Position numbers and translations under genes: made by a program. Source: Candidatus Cloacimonadales bacterium (lineage in GTDB: Bacteria; Cloacimonadota; Cloacimonadia; Cloacimonadales; JAIOQZ01). From it: DNA of 64,000 nt. The first letter of the stretch is position 1. Each line of letters starts with the position of its first letter. Under the pieces are notes generated by a model. It saw nothing but the letters and a program-made list of their open reading frames with translations. It was not told the DNA's origin and ran no database searches. Shown piece after piece: positions 9,749 to 21,000 of the stretch. The DNA is taken from assembly GCA_963662655.2 (NCBI GenBank), contig CAXXTU010000002.1, forward strand, positions 1,888,001 to 1,952,000. Reading direction: 5' to 3'.

Positions 9749-11080
9749 TCAATTACTGATACTAAGCTTAGCAACAAGCGTTGAGGATGATCCAACGGAA
9801 CCCAGGCTGAACCTGAAGTCGTTGGCGATCAGCTCGACGTTTTTAAGCATGTCCAGGAAGTTGCCGGAGATGGTGAACTGCTGGATTGCATGCTTCTTGA
9901 TTCCCTTCTCGTAGAGGAAACCTTCCGCTGAAAGCGAGAAATCACCGGAGATATCGTTCGCGCCGGAGTGCAAGCCAGCCAGGGAAACGATTTCGATAAC
10001 CTTGTCGTGCTTTGCGAAGAGCGCGTCGCGGTTGACCTTGCCCGGGGTCATGTACAGGTTGGAGGGAGACACATTCAAGTTGCCCTTGTAGCTTCTGCTT
10101 CCATTACCTGTGGATTCCCGGCCCTCTTTCGCCGCTGTCTGCGTGTTGTACAGAAGGCTTTTCAACTTGCCTTTCTCGATCAGCGTGGTCTTCTGCGAGG
10201 GATAGCCCTCATAGTCGAACGGCCTGCTCGAGTGTCCGCCGTGGTAGAGCGCGTCGTCGATGATGGTCACGTGATGATTGGCCACGACCTCTCCGTGCTT
10301 ACCGGCCAGGAGCGACTGCCCTTCCTGCGCTCTTTTCGAGCTGAAGATGCTGGAGAACGTTGCGAGCATCGAGCTCATCGAGCTGTTATCGAACACAACC
10401 GGGTAGGTTCCCGGAGCGATCGATTTCGGGTTAAGGAGTTCGATCGCCTTGTTGACGGTGCAGCGAGCGAGCTGCTCCGGATCGATGTCGCGAAAATCGC
10501 GCGTTGCGATGTAATCGGCGTAAGACTGCTTGTCTTCACCGTCCTGAACGATGACCGAGATAAACATGGTCGCGAGATTCGCCTTGTACTCTTTGTTCAG
10601 GCCACGGGTGTTGGCGATGCGGGTATAGTGGAAACCATCGCCGTAAATGCAATGGGAAACGCTGAAAACGCGTTTATCGAAGGCGTAAGCGATTCGCTCG
10701 AGGTCTTTTGTCTGGCGAATCTTTTCTTCGATATCCACTTCGTCCAGTTCCGGATTGTATATATCGAGGTTCATTTCGGCATCGGGATAACCGTCGAGGA
10801 GTACAACGCCCTCGTCTTCGAGGTATTTGCTGTTTTCCACGGCCTCGTTCACAATCATCTCGAAGGCATCGTCGCTGAACTCTTCCGTGTATGCGTATCC
10901 GACTCTTCCTTCTCGGATGATGCGGATACCGATACCCTTGTCGTCTGCGTAATCGAACGACTCGATTTCCTGTTCGTGAACTCTCACGCGGAACGATTTA
11001 CCTACCGAGAGCATGATCTCGACATCGTCGGCTTTATCTTTGGCTATCTTGAAGATTTTTTCGAATTCCTTTGAATACAT
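9749..11080 (-). CDS. pmbA: PmbA/TldE metalloprotease subunit
   Basis: 'FDYEG', 'SGDFS', 'TISGN'; no HExxxH. Directly downstream of tldD; ATG 11080. Confidence 0.9.
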   Translation of the reverse strand: MYSKEFEKIFKIAKDKADDVEIMLSVGKSFRVRVHEQEIESFDYADDKGIGIRIIREGRVGYAYTEEFSDDAFEMIVNEAVENSKYLEDEGVVLLDGYPDAEMNLDIYNPELDEVDIEEKIRQTKDLERIAYAFDKRVFSVSHCIYGDGFHYTRIANTRGLNKEYKANLATMFISVIVQDGEDKQSYADYIATRDFRDIDPEQLARCTVNKAIELLNPKSIAPGTYPVVFDNSSMSSMLATFSSIFSSKRAQEGQSLLAGKHGEVVANHHVTIIDDALYHGGHSSRPFDYEGYPSQKTTLIEKGKLKSLLYNTQTAAKEGRESTGNGSRSYKGNLNVSPSNLYMTPGKVNRDALFAKHDKVIEIVSLAGLHSGANDISGDFSLSAEGFLYEKGIKKHAIQQFTISGNFLDMLKNVELIANDFRFSLGSVGSSSTLVAKLSISN

Positions 11081-11081
11081 C

Positions 11082-12470
11082 TTAGCTCTCCTTTCTGCCG
11101 CCAACGACAATGTCATCGATTTTGATCGCGGGCTGTCCCACGCTTGTGGGGACGCTGCCGCTTACCGAGCCGCACATTCCGGCGGCGTAGTCTATATTGT
11201 CGGCAACCATGCTGATCTTGTGAAGCACAGCCGGGCCGTTTCCGATCAATGTCATTCCGCGGACAGGTTCGGCGATTTTTCCGTTGCGAACCATGTAGCC
11301 TTCCGCAACCGCGAAGTTGAAGTTTCCGGTGCCGGGCTGAACGGAGCCGCCACCCATCTTCTTGGCGTAAATGCCGTAATCGATGGATGAAATCAGCTCG
11401 TCGAGCTTGCTCTTGCCCGGAGCGATGAACGTGTTTCTCATGCGGGATGCCGGCGCGTATTTGTATGATTCGCGGCGTCCGCTTCCTGTCTTCTCGTAAC
11501 CTGTCTTCTGGCTACCGATGCGGTCTACCATGAACGATTTGAGGATACCGTTCTCGATGAGCACGGTGCGCTTGGTCGGCATCCCTTCGTCATCGACGTT
11601 TTCCGATCCCCACATGTTCGGCATGGTTCCGTCGTCGATGGCGGTTACAACTGGATTCGCGATCTGCTTTCCGAGTTGGTCGCTGAAAACGGAAACGCCC
11701 TTCGCCACGGAAGTGGTTTCCAGGCCGTGGCCGCAAGCTTCGTGGAAAATCACGCCGCCGAAGCCGTTGTCGATGATCGCCGGGAATTTTCCGCTCGGCG
11801 CGTAATCCGCTTCGAGCATGGTGACGGCGATTTGGGAGGCTTTCATTCCGAGGTCTTCCAGATCGAGGCCGCGGAAGAATTCGTAGCCGATCAACCCGCC
11901 CGGGCTTTCGGAGCCGGTTTGCTTCTCGCCGTTCTTTTCGGCGATCGAAGTGACGCGAATGCGTGAGTAGTGCCTGTCGTCTTCAACGAACACGCCTTCG
12001 CTGTTCGCGATCAGGACGTGCTGCATCCTTTCGTAGATGCCCAGATCGGCCTGTGTGATGAGCTTGCTGTAGGCACGTGCGTGCTTGTCGATGTTCAGAA
12101 GGAGGTCGATTTTCTCCTTCTTGGCGATGTCGTTCGCCATGATCTGGTACGGATGCAGATTCTTGTAAGCCAGCGTGGTCAGGTCGAGCGCTTTCACTCT
12201 GCAATCGCTCTTGGCTGCCTTGCTGACCGCGTCCGCTGCCGCGAGCAGCGACGCTTCCTGTAAGTCGTTCGTGTAGGCGTATATCGCCAACGAACCGTAG
12301 ATAACGCGAATGCCGGCGCCATAATCGCGACCGACGATGGATTGTTTTACCTTGCTGTCGTTAAGCGTGATGTTCGACTGATACTGGTTTTCCACAAACA
12401 GTTCCGCGAAATCCGCTCCACGAGATAAAGCTTTTTCAATCACTTTTTCAATAAGTGGTTTGGGTAGCAT
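11082..12470 (-). CDS. tldD: TldD metalloprotease subunit
   Basis: 'HEACGHGLE', 'DDEG', 'RMRNT', 'GMCGS'. ATG 12470 follows GGAGG. Confidence 0.93.
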   Translation of the reverse strand: MLPKPLIEKVIEKALSRGADFAELFVENQYQSNITLNDSKVKQSIVGRDYGAGIRVIYGSLAIYAYTNDLQEASLLAAADAVSKAAKSDCRVKALDLTTLAYKNLHPYQIMANDIAKKEKIDLLLNIDKHARAYSKLITQADLGIYERMQHVLIANSEGVFVEDDRHYSRIRVTSIAEKNGEKQTGSESPGGLIGYEFFRGLDLEDLGMKASQIAVTMLEADYAPSGKFPAIIDNGFGGVIFHEACGHGLETTSVAKGVSVFSDQLGKQIANPVVTAIDDGTMPNMWGSENVDDEGMPTKRTVLIENGILKSFMVDRIGSQKTGYEKTGSGRRESYKYAPASRMRNTFIAPGKSKLDELISSIDYGIYAKKMGGGSVQPGTGNFNFAVAEGYMVRNGKIAEPVRGMTLIGNGPAVLHKISMVADNIDYAAGMCGSVSGSVPTSVGQPAIKIDDIVVGGRKES

Positions 12471-12683
12471 GTAACCTCCACGTAGTTTCAATCTTGGGGT
12501 CACAACTTCGATGGAAATCGATATCCGTCAAGGAATTCGTTTGCTTTCGATAAAGCCGGAGCGCACCCGTTCAATATTAATTTACCGTTCGAATCCCCTT
12601 AATCAGCTTGCCGCAAGCTTTTAGCGGCAAAGCCGTCTGCAATATCAGCAGATACAAAAAAAATCACCCGCCCTGGGAATGAC

Positions 12684-12712
12684 AAAAAAAGCGGCCGATT
12701 TCTCAGCCGCTT
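12684..12712 (-). terminator. Rho-independent terminator after the beta-barrel gene
   Basis: AAGCGGC/GCCGCTT stem with a U-tract on the minus strand. Confidence 0.7.
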
Positions 12713-12732
12713 CAATTATTCTCAGGTAGTTT

Positions 12733-14055
12733 CTACCATTTTGTTTCTGCGCCGACAAGCCAGCCAGCAGCCATGTCTTCACCACCCATGTAGTCTTTGT
12801 TCGGGAACAAGAGACCAACAAGTGTGTAAAGCTTGGTTTTCTTTGCCATCTCGTAGCTGATTTCAAGATCGAGTTCGTCCCACATCGGTTCGCCGGAGAT
12901 CTCGTCACCGTTTCCATTCTTATAGTTCGCAGAGTTATCCATGAAGGAATAAAGGTCAAGACCGATGCGAAGATTTTCCATCATCGTGACACCGCCACCG
13001 ATGGAGAACATGTTCAAACCTGAAATTGTCGAAGAAGCGATGTTATAGCTCATGTAACCAAGCTCGCGGTTACCAAGGCCAATACCCTGCCAGCACTCAT
13101 TCTCATCAGCGGTGTCGGCATCGTCGCCGGATTTCGAGAAGAATTCGATGTTGGCATCGATACCTACGCTACCCGCTTCCAATTCGAAACCGGTACCCAG
13201 GTCGAAAAGGTAACCGGAGTAATTGTAGTCATCGCCACCGGCTGCTGATTTCTCGGCAGCGCCAAACTGGAATGCAACTTCCATGAAAGGAGTAAGCATC
13301 CCGTCAACGAGATTGAGATCGCCACGTACGCCCAGAACCCAGAGGTTGTCGTTAACAAAATCATCGGCATTCTCAGGATCTTGAAGCTGCATATAGTTCC
13401 ACCAGAAATAGCCATTGATATCAACCATGTCGGCAAGTTTGTCCACGCCGCCATTGAGACCCCAGATGGTGTACTGAACTGGTGAATCGACTGCCCAGTA
13501 ATTGTTATATTGTTCTCTCAGGATATACTGGTAATTGATGTAGGCCGCGCCAAATTTCGCGCCAATCCTGAAACCGTCAACCTTGTCCTTGTCGGACATC
13601 ACGTTGCCCGATCCCATCTTGTAGACCTTGCGACCGATTTCACCATTGAGCTGGTCAATGAAGAGCTTCTTGAAGCCAATATAAGCTTCCTGAAGCTTCG
13701 GTGATGAATCTTCCCAGTTATCGGCATCGTTGTTCGCGCCGAAAATCATCCATTTGTCACCGTTTTCGGATTCAAAACGTGTGTTGATCACAGCACAGAT
13801 GTTCTCGGTAATCATGGTCTTGAAGTTCAGATCGGTACGAGCCTGTCCGTAAGCGGCAACGTCGTTACCTTCAACGGTACCGGCGTCCTTGTCATAATCG
13901 TAATCGGTGAAGTCTGTCATGTTGTTTTCGGTTATAAGTTCGATGGTGATACGACCGCCAAACTTGAACTGCGGATAATCCTTATCGCCAGCCATAAGAG
14001 CGGACGAGATCGCCAGCAAGCTGACAACAACGACGAAAAGAGTAATTTTTCTCAT
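12733..14055 (-). CDS. Outer-membrane beta-barrel protein (alginate-export/porin-like)
   Basis: Signal peptide, alternating amphipathic strands, 'LQEAYI...GR' motif, C-terminal Trp. Confidence 0.72.
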   Translation of the reverse strand: MRKITLFVVVVSLLAISSALMAGDKDYPQFKFGGRITIELITENNMTDFTDYDYDKDAGTVEGNDVAAYGQARTDLNFKTMITENICAVINTRFESENGDKWMIFGANNDADNWEDSSPKLQEAYIGFKKLFIDQLNGEIGRKVYKMGSGNVMSDKDKVDGFRIGAKFGAAYINYQYILREQYNNYWAVDSPVQYTIWGLNGGVDKLADMVDINGYFWWNYMQLQDPENADDFVNDNLWVLGVRGDLNLVDGMLTPFMEVAFQFGAAEKSAAGGDDYNYSGYLFDLGTGFELEAGSVGIDANIEFFSKSGDDADTADENECWQGIGLGNRELGYMSYNIASSTISGLNMFSIGGGVTMMENLRIGLDLYSFMDNSANYKNGNGDEISGEPMWDELDLEISYEMAKKTKLYTLVGLLFPNKDYMGGEDMAAGWLVGAETKW

Positions 14056-14352
14056 CTTTCCTCCATTTTTTAGGAATTTAGTTTCTCATTCACGGTATTC
14101 TATTGTACGATAACCGACATATAAAATCAAATAAACGTCTGTCAAGAACGTTTTTTTTCCCTCAAACACGTTCTGCATCGTACATTCATGCATACCCGCC
14201 CTGTGTTAGGCAATAACAAAATCCGTGTTAACGAATACTTAATAAACCCAAACGGGCATCTCGCACCACACAACCGATTATAAATAAATAAATTAGAATC
14301 GTGCACTCACTTTGCGAAGTACGGGGAAGTCGTATGAAATGTACTGGAAAAT

Positions 14353-14381
14353 AAAAAGAACCGAGAAATGAGTCTCGGTTC
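14353..14381 (-). terminator. Rho-independent terminator after the 59-aa gene
   Basis: GAACCGAGA/TCTCGGTTC stem with a U-tract on the minus strand. Confidence 0.7.
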
Positions 14382-14398
14382 ATAATTTCGGAAATTTT

Positions 14399-14578
14399 TT
14401 ATTCCGCAGCGACTTGCGGAAGTGCGCGCTTGCGACAAAGCTTACACACTTTCGTCTTCTTGTCGGCGCCCTTCACTTCGTAAAGGAGCTTCACGCCGGT
14501 TCGATCGCAGATCGGGCATTTGCCCCTGGCGTGATTCGGAAATTCGTTGAGACCTTTGCCTCTATGTGCTTTTGCCAT
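14399..14578 (-). CDS. Small basic CxxC...CxxC (zinc-ribbon-like) protein, 59 aa, missed by the ORF track
   Basis: MAKAHRGKGLNEFPNHARGKCPICDRTGVKLLYEVKGADKKTKVCKLCRKRALPQVAAE*. GAGGTGA SD, upstream TTGACG and its own terminator. Confidence 0.85.
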   Translation of the reverse strand: MAKAHRGKGLNEFPNHARGKCPICDRTGVKLLYEVKGADKKTKVCKLCRKRALPQVAAE

Positions 14579-14746
14579 AATATCACCTCATGTTTGATAA
14601 TATTCGATTGATTCAGACAATTCGCAAAGGGTTTTCCGTCAAGCATTATTTGCAATTGCGCCGTCGAGCCGCCACCGACACGGCACAAATCCACCCTAAA
14701 ACGATTTATCTTTACATTTTATCACCGCCGTTTCGATTCATGCATC

Positions 14747-15844
14747 ATGAAAGGATGTATTATCGCATTATCGATTCTCATGATCCTGGGCTGCGTCGAT
14801 CCGGGCAAGGAGCCGTCCGAAGCGGCAACGGAACCTGTTCGCGTCACGTGCGCTTTCACGGGCGACTTGATGTTTCACGATTCGGTGATCCGCTCCGCAT
14901 GGGACGAACCCGGCAGCCGGCACGATTTCGCGCCGGTTTTTACCGACCTTCGAAACATCGTCGATACGGTCGATATCGCTGTGGCAAACTTCGAGACCGT
15001 CCTTGCCGGAGAAGCTTACCCCTACAAAGGCTATCCGCGCTTCAACACGCCGGATGATATCCTTTCCGCAATCAAGTCTTGTGGTTTTGATATACTCCAG
15101 ACGGCAAACAACCACTGCCTCGACTATCATCTGCGCGGTCTTACCCGCACAATAGAAAAAATTCGCGAACAGGGCCTTCTGAACTGCGGGACGTTCGCAC
15201 CGGACGATTCCCTGCGCTATACCGTCACGAATATCCGGGGTATAAGCGTCGGCTTTTTCGCCTTCACGTACGGAGCGAACGGTAACCGAAAATCCCTTCC
15301 AGCAAATATCGCGTACGATCCGGTGAATTTTCAGGATACCGGTTCGCTCGAGCAGGAAGTTCGCGGAGCGGCTTCGACCTGCGATTTTCTGTTTATTCTC
15401 CCCCACTGGGGCAACGAATACGAGGTACGCTCCAGTCCGGAACAACGCGCCCTGGCCCGGGACCTCGTTAAGTGGGGAGCCGATGCCGTTATCGGGACGC
15501 ATCCGCATGTGATCCAGGAGAGCGAGCGCATCGGGGATGTTCCGGTCGTCTATTCGCTGGGAAACTGCGTGTCGTCGATGACCGAAAAATATACGGGCAC
15601 GCCCTCAACTCAGTCTGGAGCTGTACTCGTTGTCTCGCTTGTCAAAGGCAAAGAGACATCCATCGAATCGATCCGCCACATCCCTCTTTGGCTCTGCGCA
15701 TTCCACGACGAAAGCAAGCTGAATTACGAAGTCGTCGACATCTCCCGAGCGCTGGAACAAACGCCTTATCGTTTCTCTCCTGCCGAAAGAGAAAAAATGC
15801 TTCAGGCACGGAAAAAGACCAACAACCAACTAAACGGCCTATAA
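14747..15844 (+). CDS. CapA/PgsA-family metallophosphoesterase-like lipoprotein
   Basis: Lipobox ILGC; 'GDLM', 'NFET', 'ANNHCLD', 'HWGNEY', 'GTHPHV', 'YSLGN'. Confidence 0.9.
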   Translation: MKGCIIALSILMILGCVDPGKEPSEAATEPVRVTCAFTGDLMFHDSVIRSAWDEPGSRHDFAPVFTDLRNIVDTVDIAVANFETVLAGEAYPYKGYPRFNTPDDILSAIKSCGFDILQTANNHCLDYHLRGLTRTIEKIREQGLLNCGTFAPDDSLRYTVTNIRGISVGFFAFTYGANGNRKSLPANIAYDPVNFQDTGSLEQEVRGAASTCDFLFILPHWGNEYEVRSSPEQRALARDLVKWGADAVIGTHPHVIQESERIGDVPVVYSLGNCVSSMTEKYTGTPSTQSGAVLVVSLVKGKETSIESIRHIPLWLCAFHDESKLNYEVVDISRALEQTPYRFSPAEREKMLQARKKTNNQLNGL

Positions 15845-15930
15845 AAGAACCTTGCGAATATAAAAAACCTTGACGATTCCCGTAGTTAAAGCGAAGATAT
15901 AGAAGTAATCGAAATTCTGGAGGAGAAAAT

Positions 15931-16557
15931 ATGAGAATTTTGAGAGGATTCATTTTCCTGTATGTGATCGTTTCGCTGTTCGCTTGTGCGAGAACCGCAC
16001 AAAGCAAAGTGGAGGACGCAGAATACTTTGAAAGCGTCATGAAGTATGACGTCGCGCTCGACAAGTACAACAGGGCTATCCAGATCGAACCGGAAAACGC
16101 CGAACTGTACTACCGCAAGGGGCGTGTTCTGGCCAAGATGGCGGTCCCGCTACTTCTGGAGATGTCGAAGGAAAAATCGTTCGATACGGAGGGGAGGAAT
16201 CTCGACAATTCCAGCGAGATCAACGTATCGGTCGATAAAGCCAAAATCGCGGAGATCGAGCAGAAAATACGCAGTTGCCATCAGCAGGCCATCATGGCCT
16301 ACAAGAAGGCCATCGAACTGAATCCCGAGCTGGATCAGGTTTTTTTCCCGATGGCTGGTTCCTACTATCAACTCAAGGAATGGGACAACGCGATCATCTA
16401 CTACAATCGCGCGCTCAAAAGCAACTTCGAGAATCCGGACGCCTATCTGCTGATCGCAGATTGCTACGAAAAGAAAGGGGAGCAGCAGAAGGCAATGGAG
16501 AACTATCGTCTGGCTGCTCAGTACGGATCGCAAAAAGCAAAAGACAAGCTGAAATAG
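15931..16557 (+). CDS. Tetratricopeptide-repeat lipoprotein
   Basis: Lipobox LFAC; TPR motifs (YNRAIQIEP, YKKAIELNP). GGAGG SD. Confidence 0.85.
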   Translation: MRILRGFIFLYVIVSLFACARTAQSKVEDAEYFESVMKYDVALDKYNRAIQIEPENAELYYRKGRVLAKMAVPLLLEMSKEKSFDTEGRNLDNSSEINVSVDKAKIAEIEQKIRSCHQQAIMAYKKAIELNPELDQVFFPMAGSYYQLKEWDNAIIYYNRALKSNFENPDAYLLIADCYEKKGEQQKAMENYRLAAQYGSQKAKDKLK

Positions 16558-16584
16558 TCTGAAGAATTTACAAGGGAAAGAGGT

Positions 16585-17829
16585 TCAAGGCTGGAACCTC
16601 TTTCTTTTTTCCCAGAAATCCCTGCACGATTTGCAAACACACACGGGATCATCGACCGTTACCTGCGGAAACCTCAATGCGAGAATCGCGAACGCCATGG
16701 CAATACGGTGGTCGTGACCCGTATGAATCATCGTTTCTTGCGGAGAATCTTGTAGCGGCTCCACAATGATCCCATCACCGGATAGACGAATCGCCCCCCC
16801 GATACGCCCTACCTCTTCCACCAGCCGCTCGATACGATTACTCTCCTTCCAGCGAAGGTGCCTGACGCCAGCAATCATGCTCGGGGAATCGGCGATGAGA
16901 GCGAGGACAACCAGCGGCGGCACACAGTCCGGCATATCTCTCATATCCACCCCGATCCCATGCAAGCTTTCTGCATGGACACGAACTGTGCTTCCTCCGC
17001 GGATCGCTTTCGCCCCCATCCGCTCGAGGACATCGATGAATCGAGCGTCTCCTTGCAGAGAGTCCCTGGCAGGAAACATGATCGGACGGGCGTTCCCCGT
17101 CATCAAGCTCGCGATTGCCCAAAACGCTGCCGTCGAGGCGTCCGGCTCGATGACACAGACATCGGGCGCATTGTATCGCTGGTTTCCGGGAACATAGACG
17201 CGCCTGTCACGATGCTCGACGACCACCCCGAAGTCCCTCATGACACCTGCAGTCATGCGGATGTACGGCAGAGAAACTTGCGACGGACTGAGCGCGATCT
17301 CGCAGCCTTCCTCCGTCAATGGCGCGGCAAGCATCATGGCGCTTACGTATTGACTGCTGACTTCGCCGGAGGTCTCCAGATGAAGGCGTTCCAGCTTCTT
17401 GCCCTTTACTATGAAGATAGAGCGCTCGATGTCGATCTCGATATCCGCTCCACTCTTTTTCAGCGCATCGATCAACTCGGTGTGCGGTCGCTTGACGAGT
17501 TGCGGGTCAAGCTGTATTCGCGCAACGACATTCGGTGTAACGGCCAGCCTCGCCAGCATGAAGCGCATTGCGGTTGCCGAGCCATCGAAACGCAGCTCAA
17601 GAGCTCTATCGTCGTGCATCCCGGGCTCGATCTCGCAAAGTGAATCTGAAATTCTTATAAAAAAACCAAGATTTCTCAGGGCTCGAATCAGCTCCGTCGT
17701 GTCTTCACAATCCGGCATGTTCGAGATTATGGTTTTCCCTTCGACAAAACTGCTGATAATCAGCGCTCGCGCCATTATCGATTTTGATCCGGCCACTTCA
17801 ATGAGTCCGGCAGCATTCATTTCGGTCAT
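16585..17829 (-). CDS. aroA: 3-phosphoshikimate 1-carboxyvinyltransferase (EPSP synthase)
   Basis: 'GSKS', 'SSQYVSA', 'LRWKESNR', 'DHRIAMAF'. Confidence 0.92.
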   Translation of the reverse strand: MTEMNAAGLIEVAGSKSIMARALIISSFVEGKTIISNMPDCEDTTELIRALRNLGFFIRISDSLCEIEPGMHDDRALELRFDGSATAMRFMLARLAVTPNVVARIQLDPQLVKRPHTELIDALKKSGADIEIDIERSIFIVKGKKLERLHLETSGEVSSQYVSAMMLAAPLTEEGCEIALSPSQVSLPYIRMTAGVMRDFGVVVEHRDRRVYVPGNQRYNAPDVCVIEPDASTAAFWAIASLMTGNARPIMFPARDSLQGDARFIDVLERMGAKAIRGGSTVRVHAESLHGIGVDMRDMPDCVPPLVVLALIADSPSMIAGVRHLRWKESNRIERLVEEVGRIGGAIRLSGDGIIVEPLQDSPQETMIHTGHDHRIAMAFAILALRFPQVTVDDPVCVCKSCRDFWEKRKRFQP

Positions 17830-18009
17830 GCGATTTCCCTTTATTGTCCAGCAGTGCACGTTTCACGTACGAAAGCGTTCATTGACAAAATAAAACCGGT
17901 AGCATCTTATTGACACTCAGGGGGGCCTGTCAACCAGTTCATATCAATCAGCGCTATTGGTCTGGGTTTTGCATGTGGAAAACCAATATTATCTGAGGAG
18001 AGAGAGATT

Positions 18010-21000
18010 ATGCATTTTAAAGGGACATTGATTTTACTGACGTTGATGATTGTAGGCGGTTCGTTGTTCGCGGTCATCACGGATTTCGACTGCACGAACA
18101 GCGACAACTTCAGCACAGAACTTACTTTCACCACACCAGCCTACGAACTCAAAGAAGTCGACGGCATGCAAAAGATAACCCTTCCCCAGCCTTATCCCGA
18201 GGAATGGGCAGGTGTCGCCGGGATGCCAGAGCTCCCGGTGTTTTCCACGCTGGTCTCGATTCCAGCGGGAGTTCGCGTAACGTTGAACTACGATGTGATC
18301 GATGAAGACGTCGTCGACGACGTTACACTGGTTCCGTATCGGAATCTCGACGATATCAAGAATGACATTCTCGGTTATTCGATCGATCCGCAGGCCTACT
18401 ACAGCACGGAGCGCGGTGGCACATCGAGCGCGGAGCTTGGCGAAGCCGGCATCATGAGAGACAAGGTTCTTCAGCGCGTTATCGTGCATCCGTTCCGCTA
18501 CGACTCGAACGAACAGCGGCTTTTCGCCGCCCGTGAAATCAGGCTGAGTCTTTCCTATCAATTCGACTCGCGCGGCTTGACCCCGAAGAGACAGCACGCT
18601 CCTTCGCTCCTCTTCGATAGCCTCACCAACGAGATGACGGCCAATCCCACAACCCAGTCGACAAGGGAAGCCGTTCTTCCCGGGTGCTACCTGTTCATTT
18701 ACGACGGGACCGCGGAAGTACTTTCGACCCTTCAGCCGCTACTCATGTGGAAACACGCGAAGGGACATGAAATTCAACTCCTCGACACGTCGACCATCGG
18801 TAACAACTCGAGCCAGATACGGGCTTACATACAAGAAGCATGGGAAACATGGGAGAATCCGCCGGAATTTGTCTGCATCGTCGGTGACGGCAACATGAAT
18901 TTCACCATCCCCACTTTCTGGGATGAGTTTAGCGGACATTCAGTTCATGGCGATCATCCCTATACGCAGCTCGACGGCAACGACCTATTCCCCGAGGTGC
19001 TGATTGGACGCCTTACGTTCAACAACGTCACGGAGCTCCAGACGATTGTCGGCAAGATACTTCGCTACGAATACAATCCGCCCACCGACGACAACTGGTT
19101 CGAGCGTCCGCTCCTCGTCGCGGATCATTATTCATCGGGAATTTCTACCGTTTCCACGATGATCCATGTTGCCGATCTGATGCAGGAGTACAATCCTTCC
19201 TACGAACTCACGTTTGTCGATCAAGCGCCGTTTACGATCTATATCTCGAACGCTCTCAACGCTGGCAAGGGCGCTTATTTTTATCGGGGATTCGGAAATT
19301 TCAGCGACTGGCTGACCGAAGATACGTTCAACCTGTTCAACTACAATAAAAACCCATTCATGTCGGCTATCACATGTTACACAGGTACATTCGCCCAGGG
19401 AAGCATGAGCTCCATCGAGGCGTTCCTGCGAGCGGGTACACCATCGACTGGTATCGGCGCTTCATCCGTCATCGGTTCATCCAGCCCAACGCATACCTGT
19501 TTCAACAATCTCATTACAGGCACCATCGCCTACGGAATCTACCACGAAGGAATTACCAACTTCAGCGCAGCGCTCGCTCTGGGAAAACTCGCCCTCTACG
19601 AGTGCTACCCGACAAACCCGAACGAGTATGTGGACTGGTACACGATTGGCAAAAACCTCCTCGGCGATCCCGGCATGACCTTGTGGACACGCCAACCGGA
19701 GTCGTTCACCCTCGATCATGCTGCAAGCATCGGAATTGGCGAAGCTTCATATCAGGTGATCGTTTCGGATAGCGACGGCAATCCCGTCGAGGGAGCTGTC
19801 GTCACACTGATCCAAAACGACGGGGAAATCGACGCGGTCGCTTGCAGCAACGAAAGCGGTATCGCGACCCTATATTTCGAACCCGCCGATGAAGGCGATT
19901 GCATGCTCACGGTCACGAACCACAATTTCTTCGCTGAACGGACGACCATACCTGTCGGAGACACAACGGTCATCGACTACACCGATGTGGATTTCACCGC
20001 TCCGGCAGTAACCGGAGGAACCGCGTCCTTCAATGTAACGCTGCATAACTACAGCGCCGACGCGCTCAATGACGTTTCGGCCACATTGGCTGTGCAGGAT
20101 GAAGAGCTCGGTCTGGTTACGGACGAGATTCAGTATGGCAACATCGCTTCCGGAAGCGAGGCCAGCGGCGCAGGAGCTTTCCAGATAGAAATATCTCCTC
20201 TTTGCGAGGACGGTTCCGTCTTCGACCTGACGATGAGCATTTCGTCGGGCACAAACACGTGGGAAACGCACATCCCCTTGACAATTTCGGGGCCTAAGCT
20301 AGCGATCGGGGAAGTAACAACAGATCCTGCCGTCGTCATACCGGGGAACACGATCGATATGACACTGGCGTTAAGAAATGAAGGGCATGAAACCTTCGAG
20401 GCTGCTCATTGCGAGATCAATTCCGTTTCCCAGCTCGTTACGATAACTTCGTACGCTGCCGATTTCGGCGACATCGCTGCGGATTCTCAAGCGGAAAACA
20501 CGGCAAATCCCTACCAGATAACGATCAGCGAAGAAGCGATCACAGGATCGGTTATTCCCTTCACCGTGATCGTCAGCAACGAGGGCGGGATAACACAGGA
20601 ACTGGATTTCGATCTTCATGTGGGAGAAGCCACGATGACGGATCCTACCGGACCCGACAACTACGGCTACTATTGCTACGATGACGGGGACACCGCCTAC
20701 GACGATTGCCCCACGTACAACTGGATCGAAATCGACCCGAACTATGGAGGAGCCGGAACGTCTCTCAACATGACCGATAACGACACCAACGGATCCGGCG
20801 ACATGGTTACAATCGATCTTCCGTTCGCCTTCCGTTTCTACGAGATCAATTACTCACAGATAAGCGTATCATCCAACGGGTACATCGTAATGGGGCCTTA
20901 CTACACCTTCGAATGGATGAACTGGCCGCTTCCGGGAACATTTGTTCCAAGCCCGATCATCGCACCGTTCTGGGACGACCTTCTCATTACCGAAGGAAAT

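Noticed and set aside
9968..11074. 368-aa + strand ORF
   Set aside because: Antisense shadow of pmbA.
9749..14578. tldD/pmbA plus the small Cys protein as a RiPP cluster
   Set aside because: No YcaO or other modifying enzymes, and the small protein looks like a zinc ribbon with separate transcription signals.
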